Below are positions 28,847 through 41,386 of a stretch of 64,000 bases of DNA, one piece after another (position 1 is the first letter of the stretch; every line of letters begins with the position of its first letter). A model generated the notes under the pieces. That model was given only the letters and a program-made list of their open reading frames with translations. It made no database searches and was not told the DNA's origin. Position numbers and translations under genes: made by a program. Source of the DNA: Chrysomallon squamiferum (taxonomy: Eukaryota; Animalia; Mollusca); the NCBI GenBank assembly GCA_012295275.1, contig CM022674.1, positions 13,516,001 through 13,580,000 of the forward strand. The letters run 5' to 3'.

Positions 28847-29544
28847 GTAACTCACTGGTTTTTACATCTCAGTAAATCTACGTTAAAGTCTGAGTGTGGC
28901 AGTATTAAAAAACAGTCTCTTGTTGTTTTAATCCTATTGTATGTCATTGGTTTTTTTTATTAATAATAGATAATTTACATAATATGGTGTGATTAAGAAA
29001 TAAATTCACATTGTCTTTATCATTATGACTGTCATTTTTTTTTTTTTTTTTTTTTTAATGAAATGTAATTTACATTAAAGTCTAAGTTTGGTGAGATCAA
29101 GAAATAGTTCAAATATGATTTACATCCCTCCAAGTTAGATTTTATTTAGTTTTTTGGTATCCAATCTTAATTAATAATGAATTATAAAAACAAAAGAGTT
29201 GAGTTTAAATGTCAGGTATCTGTCATTTATATGTAGACATAACAATATTGTATATATGGGCTGTAACCAGCTTTTGAAGAGTTAATATGACTGTTGAATG
29301 AAATACAGAAATCTAAAATTCCATTAAAATAAAACAACTACATAATTACTGAGTAAAATTAGCATAATCTGTCACACTGTTTCATATGTGCTTGTTATTA
29401 GTGTAGTTATTTATTTTAAAAAATGTTCCTGAAAGTGTTTGTTATTTGTGTTATTTAACAGGTTTGTTTGTTTAATTGTTTATTTATTTTTTTTAATACT
29501 TAGTAAATAAATTCAAAGTTTGTCTGTTTTGTCCTGTTTTTCAG

Positions 29545-29614
29545 TTTTGGATGGGAGTTTTGTCAAACACACTTCCAATACCAGCAGGAATATTTGTACC
29601 AGTCTTTACAGTTG
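29545..29614 (+). CDS. CLCN2: ClC-2 exon 13 (GxFxP)
   Basis: FWMGVLSNTLPIPAGIFVPVFTV|gtaagt. Confidence 0.96.
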
Positions 29615-30073
29615 GTAAGTAATACATGTTTTTTTCATTTTTCTTCTCTATTTCTTTTTTCTTTTTCATCATTTGAATTTTGTAATATATGCAAGTGGAT
29701 ATTTATTTGTAATGAATAATTTGAGGATTGATGGTTATGATTGTCACTAAATTTCTGACTGAAATGTAAGATTAATGTATCACTTAAAAAAATAAAAAAA
29801 TAAAATAAAAAAAAAAAGAAAAAAAAAAAAATCCCTTTTCCAGTATATTTGGTTTTATTCTTTTAGTATTGTTTTTTTTTTTTTTTTTGTTCTTCTGTTT
29901 GTTTCATTTTCTTTAGTTCTTTTTTTTTTTTTTTCTTTTTTTTTTCTTCCCCTTTCTTTCCTTCTTCATTCCTGCCCACGAATTATTCTTTCATTTTGTT
30001 TTTATCCCTTTCTGTCCTTCCCTCGTGTGTCTGTTACAGTTTTTAATCTCTGCCTGGTTTACTCATGTTTCAG

Positions 30074-30184
30074 GGGCTGCGTTTGGTCGACTGGTTGGAG
30101 AAAGTATGGCTGCCTGGTTTCCTGAAGGAATAAAATCAGGAGATGTTTTAAGGAAAATAATACCAGGAGGATATGCAGTTGTAG
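30074..30184 (+). CDS. CLCN2: ClC-2 exon 14
   Basis: [37 protein letters not shown]|gttaga. Confidence 0.97.
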
Positions 30185-31199
30185 GTTAGAAAACTTAATA
30201 TTTATCTAAACATTTTATTTTTATTTTTATTTTTTCACATTTTTATTTCAATGAGGTTTACATTTTACAGACGTACAAAAGTAAAATTTTGTAGAAAGTG
30301 TGAAGGATTCCATATTGGTATAAAACTAAGTAACCTTGCTGACTTTTTGGAAAAGGTTTTACTGAATGTTTTGTTATGATTAACTGTTCTGTTGCTGGTT
30401 TGCTAATGTAAATATAAAACTGTGTAAACTCTCTTTGGTATATCAGATGAACCATTTTTCTTTTCATCATGAAAAGAAAAATGGTGAAAATAGCAACAAA
30501 TCCCAAATTTTTTTCATTCAAATTGTTCCTCTTTTTAAAAAATCATAATAACAGAATTAAAAAAACACTGACTTTTTATAATTATGACCAAATAAGAATG
30601 ATGATAAAATAGGAATGAAAAAAATTAACAGAAACTGGAGAAAATTTAAAAAAAAAAAAAAAAAAGATTTATAAAATAAAAGAACCTAATAAAAAAATTA
30701 TGAAAATATAATAATATTTTGTTCTGTTTGATTTTTTTTTTATTAAAAATTTATTTATTTATTATTATTTAGTTTTATTTTATTCTTGTATTTTATTCTA
30801 TTTTATAATTTTATAAAATTTCATTTTAAAATTTTATTTTTTCATTTTATTTTAATTTTGCAATTTATTTACTTTTTAATTTGATTAATTTTATTTTATT
30901 TTATTTTATTTTTACTTTATTTTATTTTATTAATTTTTAATTTAATTTATTTTTCTTTTCTAAAATTGAATTTATTTGTTTAAATTTTAATTTAATTGTT
31001 TTTTTATTTTAATATTTTAAATTTTATTTTTTAATTTTTTTATTTTTTTAAATTTTTTAATTTAATTTAATTTAATTTAATTTTATATTATTTTATTTTA
31101 TTTTATAAAAAAAAAAAAAAAAAAAATTTAAATTTATTTTTTTTTTAATTTAATTTAATTTAACTTTATTTTAAAATTTTTATTTTTCTTATCTTCTAG

Positions 31200-31297
31200 G
31201 TGCAGCGTCGCTGTCTGGCAGTGTGACTAGGACAATATCTACGTCTGTCATCGTCTTCGAACTCACTGGACAAATTTCTCACGTTTTACCAGCCGTG
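31200..31297 (+). CDS. CLCN2: ClC-2 exon 15
   Basis: [33 protein letters not shown]|gtgagt. Confidence 0.97.
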
Positions 31298-31628
31298 GTG
31301 AGTTAATTTACTTTTTATTATTCTTTTACATTTCTTCCTTTTTACTGCAGTTGTGTGTGAATAATGGGGTGTAAGAGGCAGTGAGAAAACAGAGAAATAA
31401 AACAGATGGAAGAATGAAGTGGAGAAAGAGTAGGATGAAGAGAGAAGGAGAAATAGAAGGGTAGAGAGAGAGAGATTGAAGATGGGGAAAAAAGTGTCGA
31501 AAATATTTTTTATTATTAATTTTTTAATTGTTATTTTTTTTTGTTATTTGTTTATTTATTTACTTATTTCTTTGTTTTATTTTACTTTATTTTATTTTAT
31601 TTATTTATTTATTTATTTGATTTATTTG

Positions 31629-31672
<44 letters not shown>

Positions 31673-31919
31673 TTTTATTTTATTTGGTTTTAATTATTTT
31701 GTTTTATTTTATTTTATTTTATTTTTTTTTTTTTATTATTTTTATTTTATTATTGTTATTATCATTTTATTTTTATTTCAGAATAATTTTACATTTAATA
31801 TACTCAGTAAATTCATAATTTACTAATCTTTGGACCAGCAGGTATTTTTGTTTTTTTATTTTACTTTACAACAAAAAGAAGATAATCGTTAATTTATTTT
31901 CATGTGTATCTATTTTTAG

Positions 31920-32035
31920 CTCTCTGTTTTGATAGCAAATGCCGTTGCCAATCTGATGCAGCCCTCATTTTACGACAGCATCATTAAACTGAAACGTCTT
32001 CCATACCTGCCTGACATTGTGTCGAGGAAACAGAG
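31920..32035 (+). CDS. CLCN2: ClC-2 exon 16
   Basis: [38 protein letters not shown]|gtacgt (phase 2). Confidence 0.97.
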
Positions 32036-34739
32036 GTACGTCATGAAATTAGTTTACTAATACACCTTGCCTACCTGTGTGATACCTGGTTTTTTATCTG
32101 TTTATTTATCAAGTGAAAATAATTTAGTGAGTGTAAAATTAATATCTGTAGTGATTTTTGAGTTTGTTCATGTATATAACTAGTTGTGCATGTTAGTGAT
32201 TATTTAAAGTCTGCACAATTATGTGAGAGTTTTAAACTGTGTGTGGTGCTTGCGTGTTTGTTTTTAATCTGTTTAATTATTAATTTAATTCATTCACACT
32301 GTAAGAACAGTATTTGTGTTTTTGTTCCTTTAGTTTTTTTTCATTTAGTAATTGTCTCAGTATAGAATTAGAATTTAATTAGTAGTTTAATTATATATGT
32401 GTGTGCATTGTTTGCAAGCTTTTGTTTTTTCATTTTACTTTTTGTTTTATAATCAGCTTACCTCTTTTTGTTGTTTTCTTTCTGTCTTGCAAATGTTTTG
32501 CTTATTAATTTTTGTTTTTTTTTTTATTTGATAATGTACACATTCTGTTACATTTTAACACCTGTGCAGCATTCAATTTTATTAATTTTGAATTTTAGAA
32601 GATTCTTCTGCTTGAATTGATAAATATTAATGATTGTCATTAACGTGACCATGTTTGTTTTTTGCTTCTTCTTGTTTTCACAGATACCAGTGCAGTGATG
32701 GCCTGCAAATTCAGAGGGAGTCAGTTGTTTTTATTGACCGAACTCAATAATAACTGCACTCATTAATATCTATATTAATATATAGCGTATATTTAAAAAA
32801 AAAAAAAAAACAAAAACATATCTTTCCTTTTGTATACATAAAAATATTAGTACATTATATATTTTAAAAAAAAAACCAAAACATATCTTTCCTTTTGTAT
32901 ACATAAAAATATTAATATAGTATATATTTAAAAAAAATAAAATAAAATAAAATAAATAAATAAAAATAATAAAAAAGAAGACACGAAGAAAAATAGAGTC
33001 TTATATGTATTATATGTACTTGTATATTAGTTTCTCTTTTATATATGTACATGTGTTATCTCATTACAGTTTGGTATTTCTTTTCCTCTAAAAGAGCATG
33101 GCAGAAATATTTTAATATTAAAAATAATTTAGTTGTCTTTAAAACAGCATGTGTTTAGCAGTCTGAGTATTTCTTTTTAAAAACAAAAATTAAAAAAAAT
33201 AAAATAAAATAAAAACTTATTTAATTTTTTTTTTTTAAATTATTCTTTATTTCATTTTTGGAGAGGACTGATATATTTTATGATAAGTGAAGATAATAAG
33301 AAAAATGCTTTAAACTTTGTATTATTGGTTAATTATGGTTCATTAGATGGATATTTTAAAATTAAAATTCTGTTTGATAACAGAAAATTAATTAGGAATT
33401 TAACTGCTTATGGCTAGGATAGAAATGTCAAAAAATCTAAATTAATTTTGACAATCTTTTGGAGTGGGAACTTAATATTATATCCTAAATAGATTTTAAA
33501 TGCTTTCCAGTTTTATTTATTTTGACATCCTTACTAATATTAATAGTAAACTAACAACCCAAAGAGATGCTTTAAAGCTCCTATTTTCTCTTTTTTTTTG
33601 AGAGGTTGTTTTAATTGTTTTTATTTATTTATTTATTTATTATATTTATATTATTATTTTATTTTTTTTTTTTTTTTATTTTTTTTAAGATTTGTAGTAT
33701 AAATATCCGTAACAGACTGAGTAAAATTAGTAGTTATAATTATTACTCTGGCATTTATTTATTTTTTTTATTTTATTATTATTTTAATTTTATTTAATTT
33801 TTTTTTAATTTTTTTTTCTTTTTCTTTTCTTTTCTTTATTTCTTTATTTCTTTATATTATTTCTGAGAGCAGGGTAGGAATGATTTTTGTATATATGATG
33901 TCATGAAACCAAGGGAGAGAATAGCAGACTTCACAGACCTTCATGAAAATTGTTTTCTGTAGTTTATACTTTATTGTTAGGAAAGACTGATATACAAAAG
34001 AAAATAAAACACAAATATAGAAATTATACATAGTTATACTGCTAGCATAACTAAAAATATAAAAACCCATTAGTAAATAAATTAATAAAAAAAAGAAAAC
34101 GTAACTATGTAAAGAGTATATAATTTTATTTCATTTACATCTAACAAATTACTTTAGAATATATACCTTCAGTTATTCTTCAGAATTAACATTATTAGGA
34201 GCACTAGATAAAATATATTATTATAAATATATTTCGGAATTTTTATTTAAAAATAGAATCAGTCTTAATTTGCATATTATAATGAAGTTGATTACTTTGG
34301 ATGATTTCTTGACATTTATTGTTATTTTGTTATTGCTATTATTATTTATATATTTATTTTTTTTTTTTTTTTTTTCTAGTAGTATATAATGCTATTATCC
34401 TAACATAATATTCTTGCTAAACCTGCATTATTTTTATGCAATGCTTGTGACTGCATTTTTGATCAGTTTTAAATATTGTCTGAGAAATTATTTTTAATAA
34501 TATTTATTTCATTTTAAACTTTTGATCTTTTTTTTTATTACTTTTTTTTTTTCTTAACGTAATTTTAATCTTTAATTATTTTGATTTAATTTTTTTATTA
34601 GTTCAAATAATAGTTATATGTTCTTCAGGAGGTTAATTGATTCAAAGTGAAATTATGTTAATATTGTAACAAAAAGACCCCCAAAACTGGTATAGATATT
34701 TTTAACCATTTTCAATCAACATTCACATATATTTTGTTA

Positions 34740-34807
<68 letters not shown>

Positions 34808-34984
34808 CATCATTATCATTATCATTATTATTATTACTGTTTCTGTTATTATTACTATCATCATTTCATTTTATTTTATTTTTGCTTTATTGTATGTGTA
34901 ATGCTATTTTTATACACTTTCAAATTGAATGGTTTATATTTTAATATTTTTAAACTGATATTTACTAAATTATTCTTGTTGCAG

Positions 34985-35118
34985 TACATGGAATGTGTTT
35001 GTGGAGGACTTCATGATTAAAAAAGTTCAGTTTGTCGCCTTCTCCTCCACGTATGGAGATTTGCAGGAGTTGATGGCCAACACTTACTTCAGATCATATC
35101 CCCTTGTTGATTCACCCG
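34985..35118 (+). CDS. CLCN2: ClC-2 exon 17 (CBS1)
   Basis: STWNVFVEDFMIKKVQFVAFSSTYGDLQELMANTYFRSYPLVDSP|gtaagc. Confidence 0.96.
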
Positions 35119-35129
35119 GTAAGCAATAT

Positions 35130-36124
35130 CTTTCATTTATTTATTTGTTTATTTATTTACTTAACTATTTATTTTTTTATTTACTTATTTATTTATTTAT
35201 TTATTTACTTAACTATTTATTTATTTATTTATTTACTTACTTACTTATTTACTTAACTATTTACTTAACTATTTGTTTATTTATTTATTTATTTATTTAA
35301 TTATTTATTTAATTATTTATTTAATTATTATTTATTTATTTACTTATTTATTTACTTATTTATTTAATTATTTATTTATTTATTTATTTAATTATTTGTG
35401 TGTATATCTGTATATGTGTGTTTATATTTGTTTGTTTGTTTATTTATTTCTGTATATTTATTTTATTATTTTTTATTTGTTTGTTACTGTTTGTTTTCCT
35501 TTATTTATTTGTCTGTCTGTCTGTACATCTATCTAATCTACCTGTCTATATCTATTTATATATTTATATAATCTATTACAATTTTCCATATTTTTCATTT
35601 ATTTACATTTTACATAATTTGTGAATATTAAATACTTATTTAAATTTTTGTACATACTGGTTCTTTTTCTTTTTTGATTTTTTTTCCATTAAATTGTTTT
35701 TGTTTAAAAATGAATATTATTTTGTTTTATTTCTGTTTTTTTAATTTTTTTTGTTTTTTAATTTTTTACTTTTTTTTTTTTTTTTTATTTATTTATTTAT
35801 TTATTTATTTTTGTATTTTTATTTATTTTTTTATTTATTTTTTTTATTTTTTTATTTATTTTTTTTATTTATTTATTTATTTTTTTATTTTTTTTATTTT
35901 TTTTTTATTTTTATCTATTTATTTATTTATTTATTTATTTTTTATTTATTTATTTTTTTTTTATTTTATTATTTATTTATTTATCTATTTATCTATTTAT
36001 CTATCTATCTATTTATTTATTTATTTATTTATTTTATCTATTTATTATTTATTTATTTTTATTTATTTATTTATTTATTTATTATTTATTTATTTATTTT
36101 TTTGTATTTTTATTTACTTATTTT

Positions 36125-36159
<35 letters not shown>

Positions 36160-36215
36160 TCTATTTATTTACTTATTTATTTATTTTTATTTATGTATTT
36201 GTTTATTTATTTGTT
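35130..36215. repeat. Degenerate (TTTA/TTAC/TCTA)n intronic tract
   Basis: Direct inspection; source of the FIYL-repeat ORFs. Confidence 0.95.
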
Positions 36216-36223
36216 TTCCACAG

Positions 36224-36525
36224 ACTCTATGATTCTGCTCGGTTCCATCCAGCGCTATGAACTCGAGCGACTTCTGTTTGTTAGATTCAGTCACGACCAG
36301 AAAGTGGCCATCGACAGTTTTGACTACATCGACGATGACAACCACATTGGCGATGGTGAAGACATGACAAGAGAAACAACGCTGTCGGTGAGCTCGCTGC
36401 AGCAGCTGCAGCAGGACAACGTTGTCTCAAAGCCGAGATTTCTTGTCACCAAAGTTGACGAAAGTCCCCCCTCCCCCCACTTGTTGTCACCCGCAGATGC
36501 TGAACGAGGCCAGGGTCCCGATTCG
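36224..36525 (+). CDS. CLCN2: ClC-2 exon 18 (end of CBS1 plus inter-CBS linker)
   Basis: DSMILLGSIQRYELERLL...KPRFLVTKVDE...GPDS|gtttgt. The 3' boundary is less certain than the 5'. Confidence 0.9.
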
Positions 36526-37231
36526 GTTTGTTATTTATTATTTTACAGTGATAGTAAATATTGTTATTACATAGGGGTTTATTCATTATATTATATAGCA
36601 TTATTCATAAATAACATACACACGTTTTTTACTAGTTTACTAGTAATAATTATTATTATGTACAGGTGTATTCATTATATGTAGCAGTATTCTTAGTAAG
36701 TCTGGTCAGTCAGAAAAAAACTCAGTCATAAATACAAGACTATCTCTAATAAATAAATAAGTAAGTAAGTAAGTGAATAAGTGAGTGAGTGATTAAGTGA
36801 TTAAGTGAGTAAGTAAGTAAATATAAAGAAGGAAAGAAAAAATAAGAAAGAAATAGATGTAAAATAAATAAATGAATAAATAAATGTAAGTAAGTAAGTA
36901 AATAAATAAATAAAAATAAATATAAACATACACAGATACATATAAATAAATAATAATAAAAAAATATATATAAAGAAGGAAAGAAAGAAATAAAGAAACA
37001 GATAACTAACTAACTAAATAAGAATAAACAAACAAACAAACAAATAAAAATAAACATACATACGAATAAATAAATAAACAAATAAACAAGCAAACTAACA
37101 AACAAACAAACAACCAAGAAAATAAATAAATATAAATATAAATGAATAAACAAACAAACAAACAAACAAACATTGCAGTTGAAATAAATAAAGCTAGAAG
37201 TTCTGTAACTGACAACAACAACACTCTGCAG

Positions 37232-37301
37232 CTTCCAATCAAGTCCATACTGAAGAAATCTCATGGTCTGCCTCGCAGGGCTAGCACTGGTGATTTGAAA
37301 G
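37232..37301 (+). CDS. CLCN2: ClC-2 exon 19 (linker)
   Basis: ctctgcag|LPIKSILKKSHGLPRRASTGDLK G|gtgggt. Phase 0 matches exon 18 and phase 1 matches exon 20. Branch-like ctgac ~20 nt upstream. An alternative acceptor at 37178 is possible. Confidence 0.75.
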
Positions 37302-37778
37302 GTGGGTCACTTTAGAGTCATGTTTCATAGTCATTTTGAAAGGTGGGTCACTTTAGAGTCACCTTTCATAGTCATTTTGAAAGGTGGGTCACTTTAGAGT
37401 CACGTTTCATAGTCATTTGAAAGGTGGGTCACTTTAGAGTCACGTTTCATAGTCATTTTGAAAGGTGGGTTACTTTAGAGTCACGTTCCATAGTCATTTG
37501 AAAGGTGGGTTACTTTAGAGTCACGTTCCATAGTCATTTGAAAGGTGGGTTACTTTAGAGTCACGTTCCATAGTCATTTGAAAGGTGGGTTACTTTAGAG
37601 TCACGTTTCATAGTCATTTTGAAAGGTGGGTTACTTTAGAGTCACGTTCCATAGTCATTTGAAAGGTGGGTTACTTTAGAGTCACGTTTCATAGTCATTT
37701 GAAAGGTGGGTTACTTTAGAGTCACGTTTCATAGTCATTTGAAAGGTGGGTTACTTTAGAGTCACGTTTCATAGTCAT
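37294..37778 (+). repeat. Minisatellite, 12 copies of a 40-41 bp unit containing the exon-19 splice donor
   Basis: Unit tttgaaaggtgggt(c/t)actttagagtcacgtt(t/c)catagtca; head-to-tail, no spacers. Confidence 0.97.
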
Positions 37779-38407
37779 AGAGCTAGCTTACTGTCAGAAA
37801 ATATTCTTTAAAAAATGTGCAGTAATGATGATGGTGATGTTGATGATTTGAATCAGCAGTAGCAGTAAAAGAAAGTTGTAGAGTAATAATAGAAGTAGTT
37901 TTATTGCAGCTATAGTAGTAGTAGTAGTAGTTTTATTAGTAGTAGTAATGATTGTTAGTATTAGTAGTAATAGTTGTAGTAGCAGTATTATTAGTAATAG
38001 TATTAATAATACTAATGGTAACAGCAGTAGCAGTAAGTGTAGTAGTAGTACTAGTGGTGATATTAATGGTACTAGTAGTAATAGCAATAATAATGATAAT
38101 AGTAATACTAGTAGTAACAGCAGTAGTAGTAAGAATAGTAGTAGTAGTAATTGTTGTAGTAATAATAATACAGGTTTTTGCATTAGTAGTAGTAGTAATA
38201 TAGTAATAGTGGTAGTTGTTTAAATAGTGGTAGTTTCAGTAGTAGTAGCAGCAGTGGTAATGGTCATAGTAGCTGTTGTTATAGTTCTGGTAATAGTAGT
38301 TGCTGATAGTAATTGTAGTGATGGTAGCTGTAACAGATTGTAATAGTCATTGTAGTTGTAGTTGTGTAGTTACAGTTTTATAGGACACAGTCACCTGTTT
38401 TTTTCAG

Positions 38408-38487
38408 CTGATGTTAACACTTTTTACAAAAAAATGGCAAGACAGAAGAAGGAGAGCATAGTAGAAGATACACCTTTTGTTTTGCAG
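38408..38487 (+). CDS. CLCN2: ClC-2 exon 20 (linker)
   Basis: ttttcag|ADVNTFYKKMARQKKESIVEDTPFVLQ|gtaatt; phases fit both neighbours. Confidence 0.8.
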
Positions 38488-38650
38488 GTAATTCATTTAA
38501 TCAGTACAGGTATTGTGTTTTAATTTGTTCAGGTAATGTCATTTAATTTGTACAGGTAATGTCATTTAATTTGTACAGGTAATGTCATTTAATTAGAAAA
38601 GCTATTGTATTTTAGTTAGTACAGGTATTGTCATTATATCAGTATAGGTG
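38485..38650 (+). repeat. Minisatellite, ~23-bp unit, about 8 copies, containing CAGGTA
   Basis: caggtaatgtcatttaatttgta repeated with variation, starting at the exon-20 donor. Confidence 0.85.
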
Positions 38651-38881
38651 TTACTGTAATATGAGCAGAGAGGTTTGTTTGTATAATTCAACATTTATAC
38701 TTATTGATATATTATTGTGATAGGTAAAGGTTTTCATCATTTAGTCATTTATCATCTTGAAAATATTACAGCAAATTTTCATAACTTCGCATAAAGTGCA
38801 TGGCTTTGAAATGTTTTATTTTTATTTTATTTGTTGAAATAAGAATTTATAAAATGTATAATAAAGTTTTATTTATTTCAG

Positions 38882-38920
38882 AAAGGATATATGCCAAGTT
38901 CATATAAAAAGGTTCAGCTG
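38882..38920 (+). CDS. CLCN2: ClC-2 exon 21 (39 nt)
   Basis: tttcag|KGYMPSSYKKVQL|gtaagt. Confidence 0.88.
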
Positions 38921-39068
38921 GTAAGTCAAATTTTTAAATTTAAAAACAAATAACATATCTTTTTTCTTCTTTTTAAATACAAACACACATGCACTCATGC
39001 ATGCACGTGAAAATGTTTACAAAAATACTGTCATATTATTATTAATGTTTTCTTTTCTTTTTTCTTAG

Positions 39069-39110
39069 CCACCAGAACCAGTGAAAGTCAAAAATCTAAC
39101 ACGAGAACAG
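39069..39110 (+). CDS. CLCN2: ClC-2 exon 22 (42 nt)
   Basis: tcttag|PPEPVKVKNLTREQ|gtaaga. Confidence 0.88.
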
Positions 39111-39129
39111 GTAAGACAATCTTCAGTTC

Positions 39130-39245
<116 letters not shown>

Positions 39246-39480
39246 TCATGATTAATTTTCTTAATTATTATTACTAAATTAATATATTATTTTTTTTTTA
39301 TCTTTATCACTTTCATTATCATTTTTATTATTAGAGATTACAGTTGTCATTATTTTTATTTTTTTATTATTATTACTTCTATCTTTATCATTATTATCAT
39401 CAACATTATCAGTATCATCATTATCTTTGTCTTTATCATCATCATCAACAACATTATCATTGTTATGTTATCTTCTACAG

Positions 39481-39672
39481 CAAGAGGCGTGGGCTAATGA
39501 ACAACTGCAGCATGGAATAGACTGGGAGGGGGTTCAGATCGACCCCGCCCCGTTTCAGCTGGTGGAGAGGACGTCACTGCACAAAGTACATTCTCTGTTT
39601 TCACTGCTGGGACTGAACCACGCCTACGTCACCAACACAGGAAAACTTGTTGGGGTGGTGGGACTCAAAGAA
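39481..39672 (+). CDS. CLCN2: ClC-2 exon 23 (CBS2)
   Basis: QEAWANEQL...QIDPAPFQLVERTSLHKVHSLFSLLGLNHAYVTNTGKLVGVVGLKE|gtaagt. Confidence 0.97.
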
Positions 39673-40464
39673 GTAAGTTACAAAATAAAATTTAAAAATT
39701 AATATTTCATTCAAGTTTGTTTGTGAGTATGATTAGTGGCTGTGAGTACAACTCACAATCAGTCAGCGTCCATTTTGGTTGCCAGTTGTTCACTGAATGT
39801 CGATCTTAAATCATAATGTTATTGGGTTGCTCTTTGTAATTTTAATTTAATTTAATTTAATTTAATTTAATTTAATTTAATTTAATTTAATTTAATTTAA
39901 TTTAATTTTATCTTAGTTTATTTTTGTTTAGTTTACATTACGTGACTTGACTTTACTTCATTATTTATTTTACTCTACTTTATTTATTTATTTATTTATT
40001 TCTGTTTATTTATGTACATAAATACATTTTTGATTACACCCACACACACAAACACACACATGTATTTACTTCATCAGTTATTCATGTTCTTACTTCCATA
40101 TTTACTATTTATATATTTACTATTTATATTTTTATATTTACTTAATTATTATTTATTTATTTTCTTACTTATTTCTTATTGTTTGTTTTATTTATTTATT
40201 AACTTATTCATTTATTTATTTATTTACTTATTAACTTATTTATTTATTTACTTATTTATTTATTTAATTTATTTACTTATTTTTATTTATTTATTTACTT
40301 ATTTATCTTTAATTATTTACTTATTTATTTACTCACTCATTCATTTATTAATTTATTTATTAATTTATTAATTTACTTATATATTTATTTATTTAGTTAT
40401 TTATTTAGTTATTTATTTACATATTTACTATTTATTTATTTATTTATTTACTTGTTTATTTCAG

Positions 40465-40608
40465 CTGCGCAGTGCAGTACAGGGACACCTCGATGCACAA
40501 GAGATGGATGAGAGTGAGGACGAGACGATAGACGACCCTGCAGAGCTGCGTATTGAAGAACCGAGAGAGAGGAGACCCTACCAGCTGGTTGACATGAAAC
40601 AGCTGTGA
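40465..40608 (+). CDS. CLCN2: ClC-2 exon 24 (terminal)
   Basis: tttcag|LRSAVQGHLDAQEMDESEDETIDDPAELRIEEPRERRPYQLVDMKQL*; TGA at 40606-40608. Confidence 0.9.
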   Translation: MRSAVQGHLDAQEMDESEDETIDDPAELRIEEPRERRPYQLVDMKQL

Positions 40609-41350
40609 TTTCACAACACTTGAGTAAAAACATAGTCTCAGTCTGCGAGAAAATATCCCAAAAGATAACGAGAAAATTAAAAACATACGAGAAACTTGAA
40701 AAGTGTTATAAAACTGAAATATATAACTCGACTGTTTAGATCTACATAATAAGATTTTTGCTTAAGACAACGAATGTCTTTGATTCAGGTCTGTACAGCA
40801 CTGTTAACATTAAACAAAATGGCTAACAAGGTAGTATTTCTGAATTTCTGAATACTAAACAATGTTGTAAAAGTCTGCCTAGGAATCAAATACTGCTGAA
40901 CTAGGGTTGGGGACTGTTAGCTAGTTAGAATGTTAACTGTATGAATGCTGGTTTTAGTTTTAATGACACAAAGTGTACTGACAGATGACCAAGTGTGAAG
41001 TGAAAAAAACAAAATGGATGAAGTTTAAAAGTTTTCAGAAATGAAATCGAACAGAACATTTTGATGACTTTTTTCCTGGCTAACCTCATGTTTTAATATT
41101 GATTTAACATAGAATACATTTTTTTAATTATTTATTCATAATGTACTTTTGAGGGTTTTTTAACAATTCTTATCATTATTTGAAGCATCGAATAAGGGGC
41201 AATTTGTTGGTATATTTTTTATTATTATTAACATTGTTATTATTTTTTAGAAAGTGAAATTCACCTTAATTACCAATTTAGACATACTCTGTACTTTTAT
41301 ATCTCTGTACTGAAATTTATATTACATTTGAGATTTCATTCGTTCATACA

Positions 41351-41386
<36 letters not shown>

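Noticed and set aside
35674-36223. N-terminal ~180 aa of the 336-aa ORF as a membrane protein
   Set aside because: TTTA microsatellite intron; only 36224-36525 is coding.
37294-37778. CRISPR-like array of ~40-bp repeats
   Set aside because: Units are head-to-tail with no unique spacers, no cas genes, and an intronic eukaryotic context.
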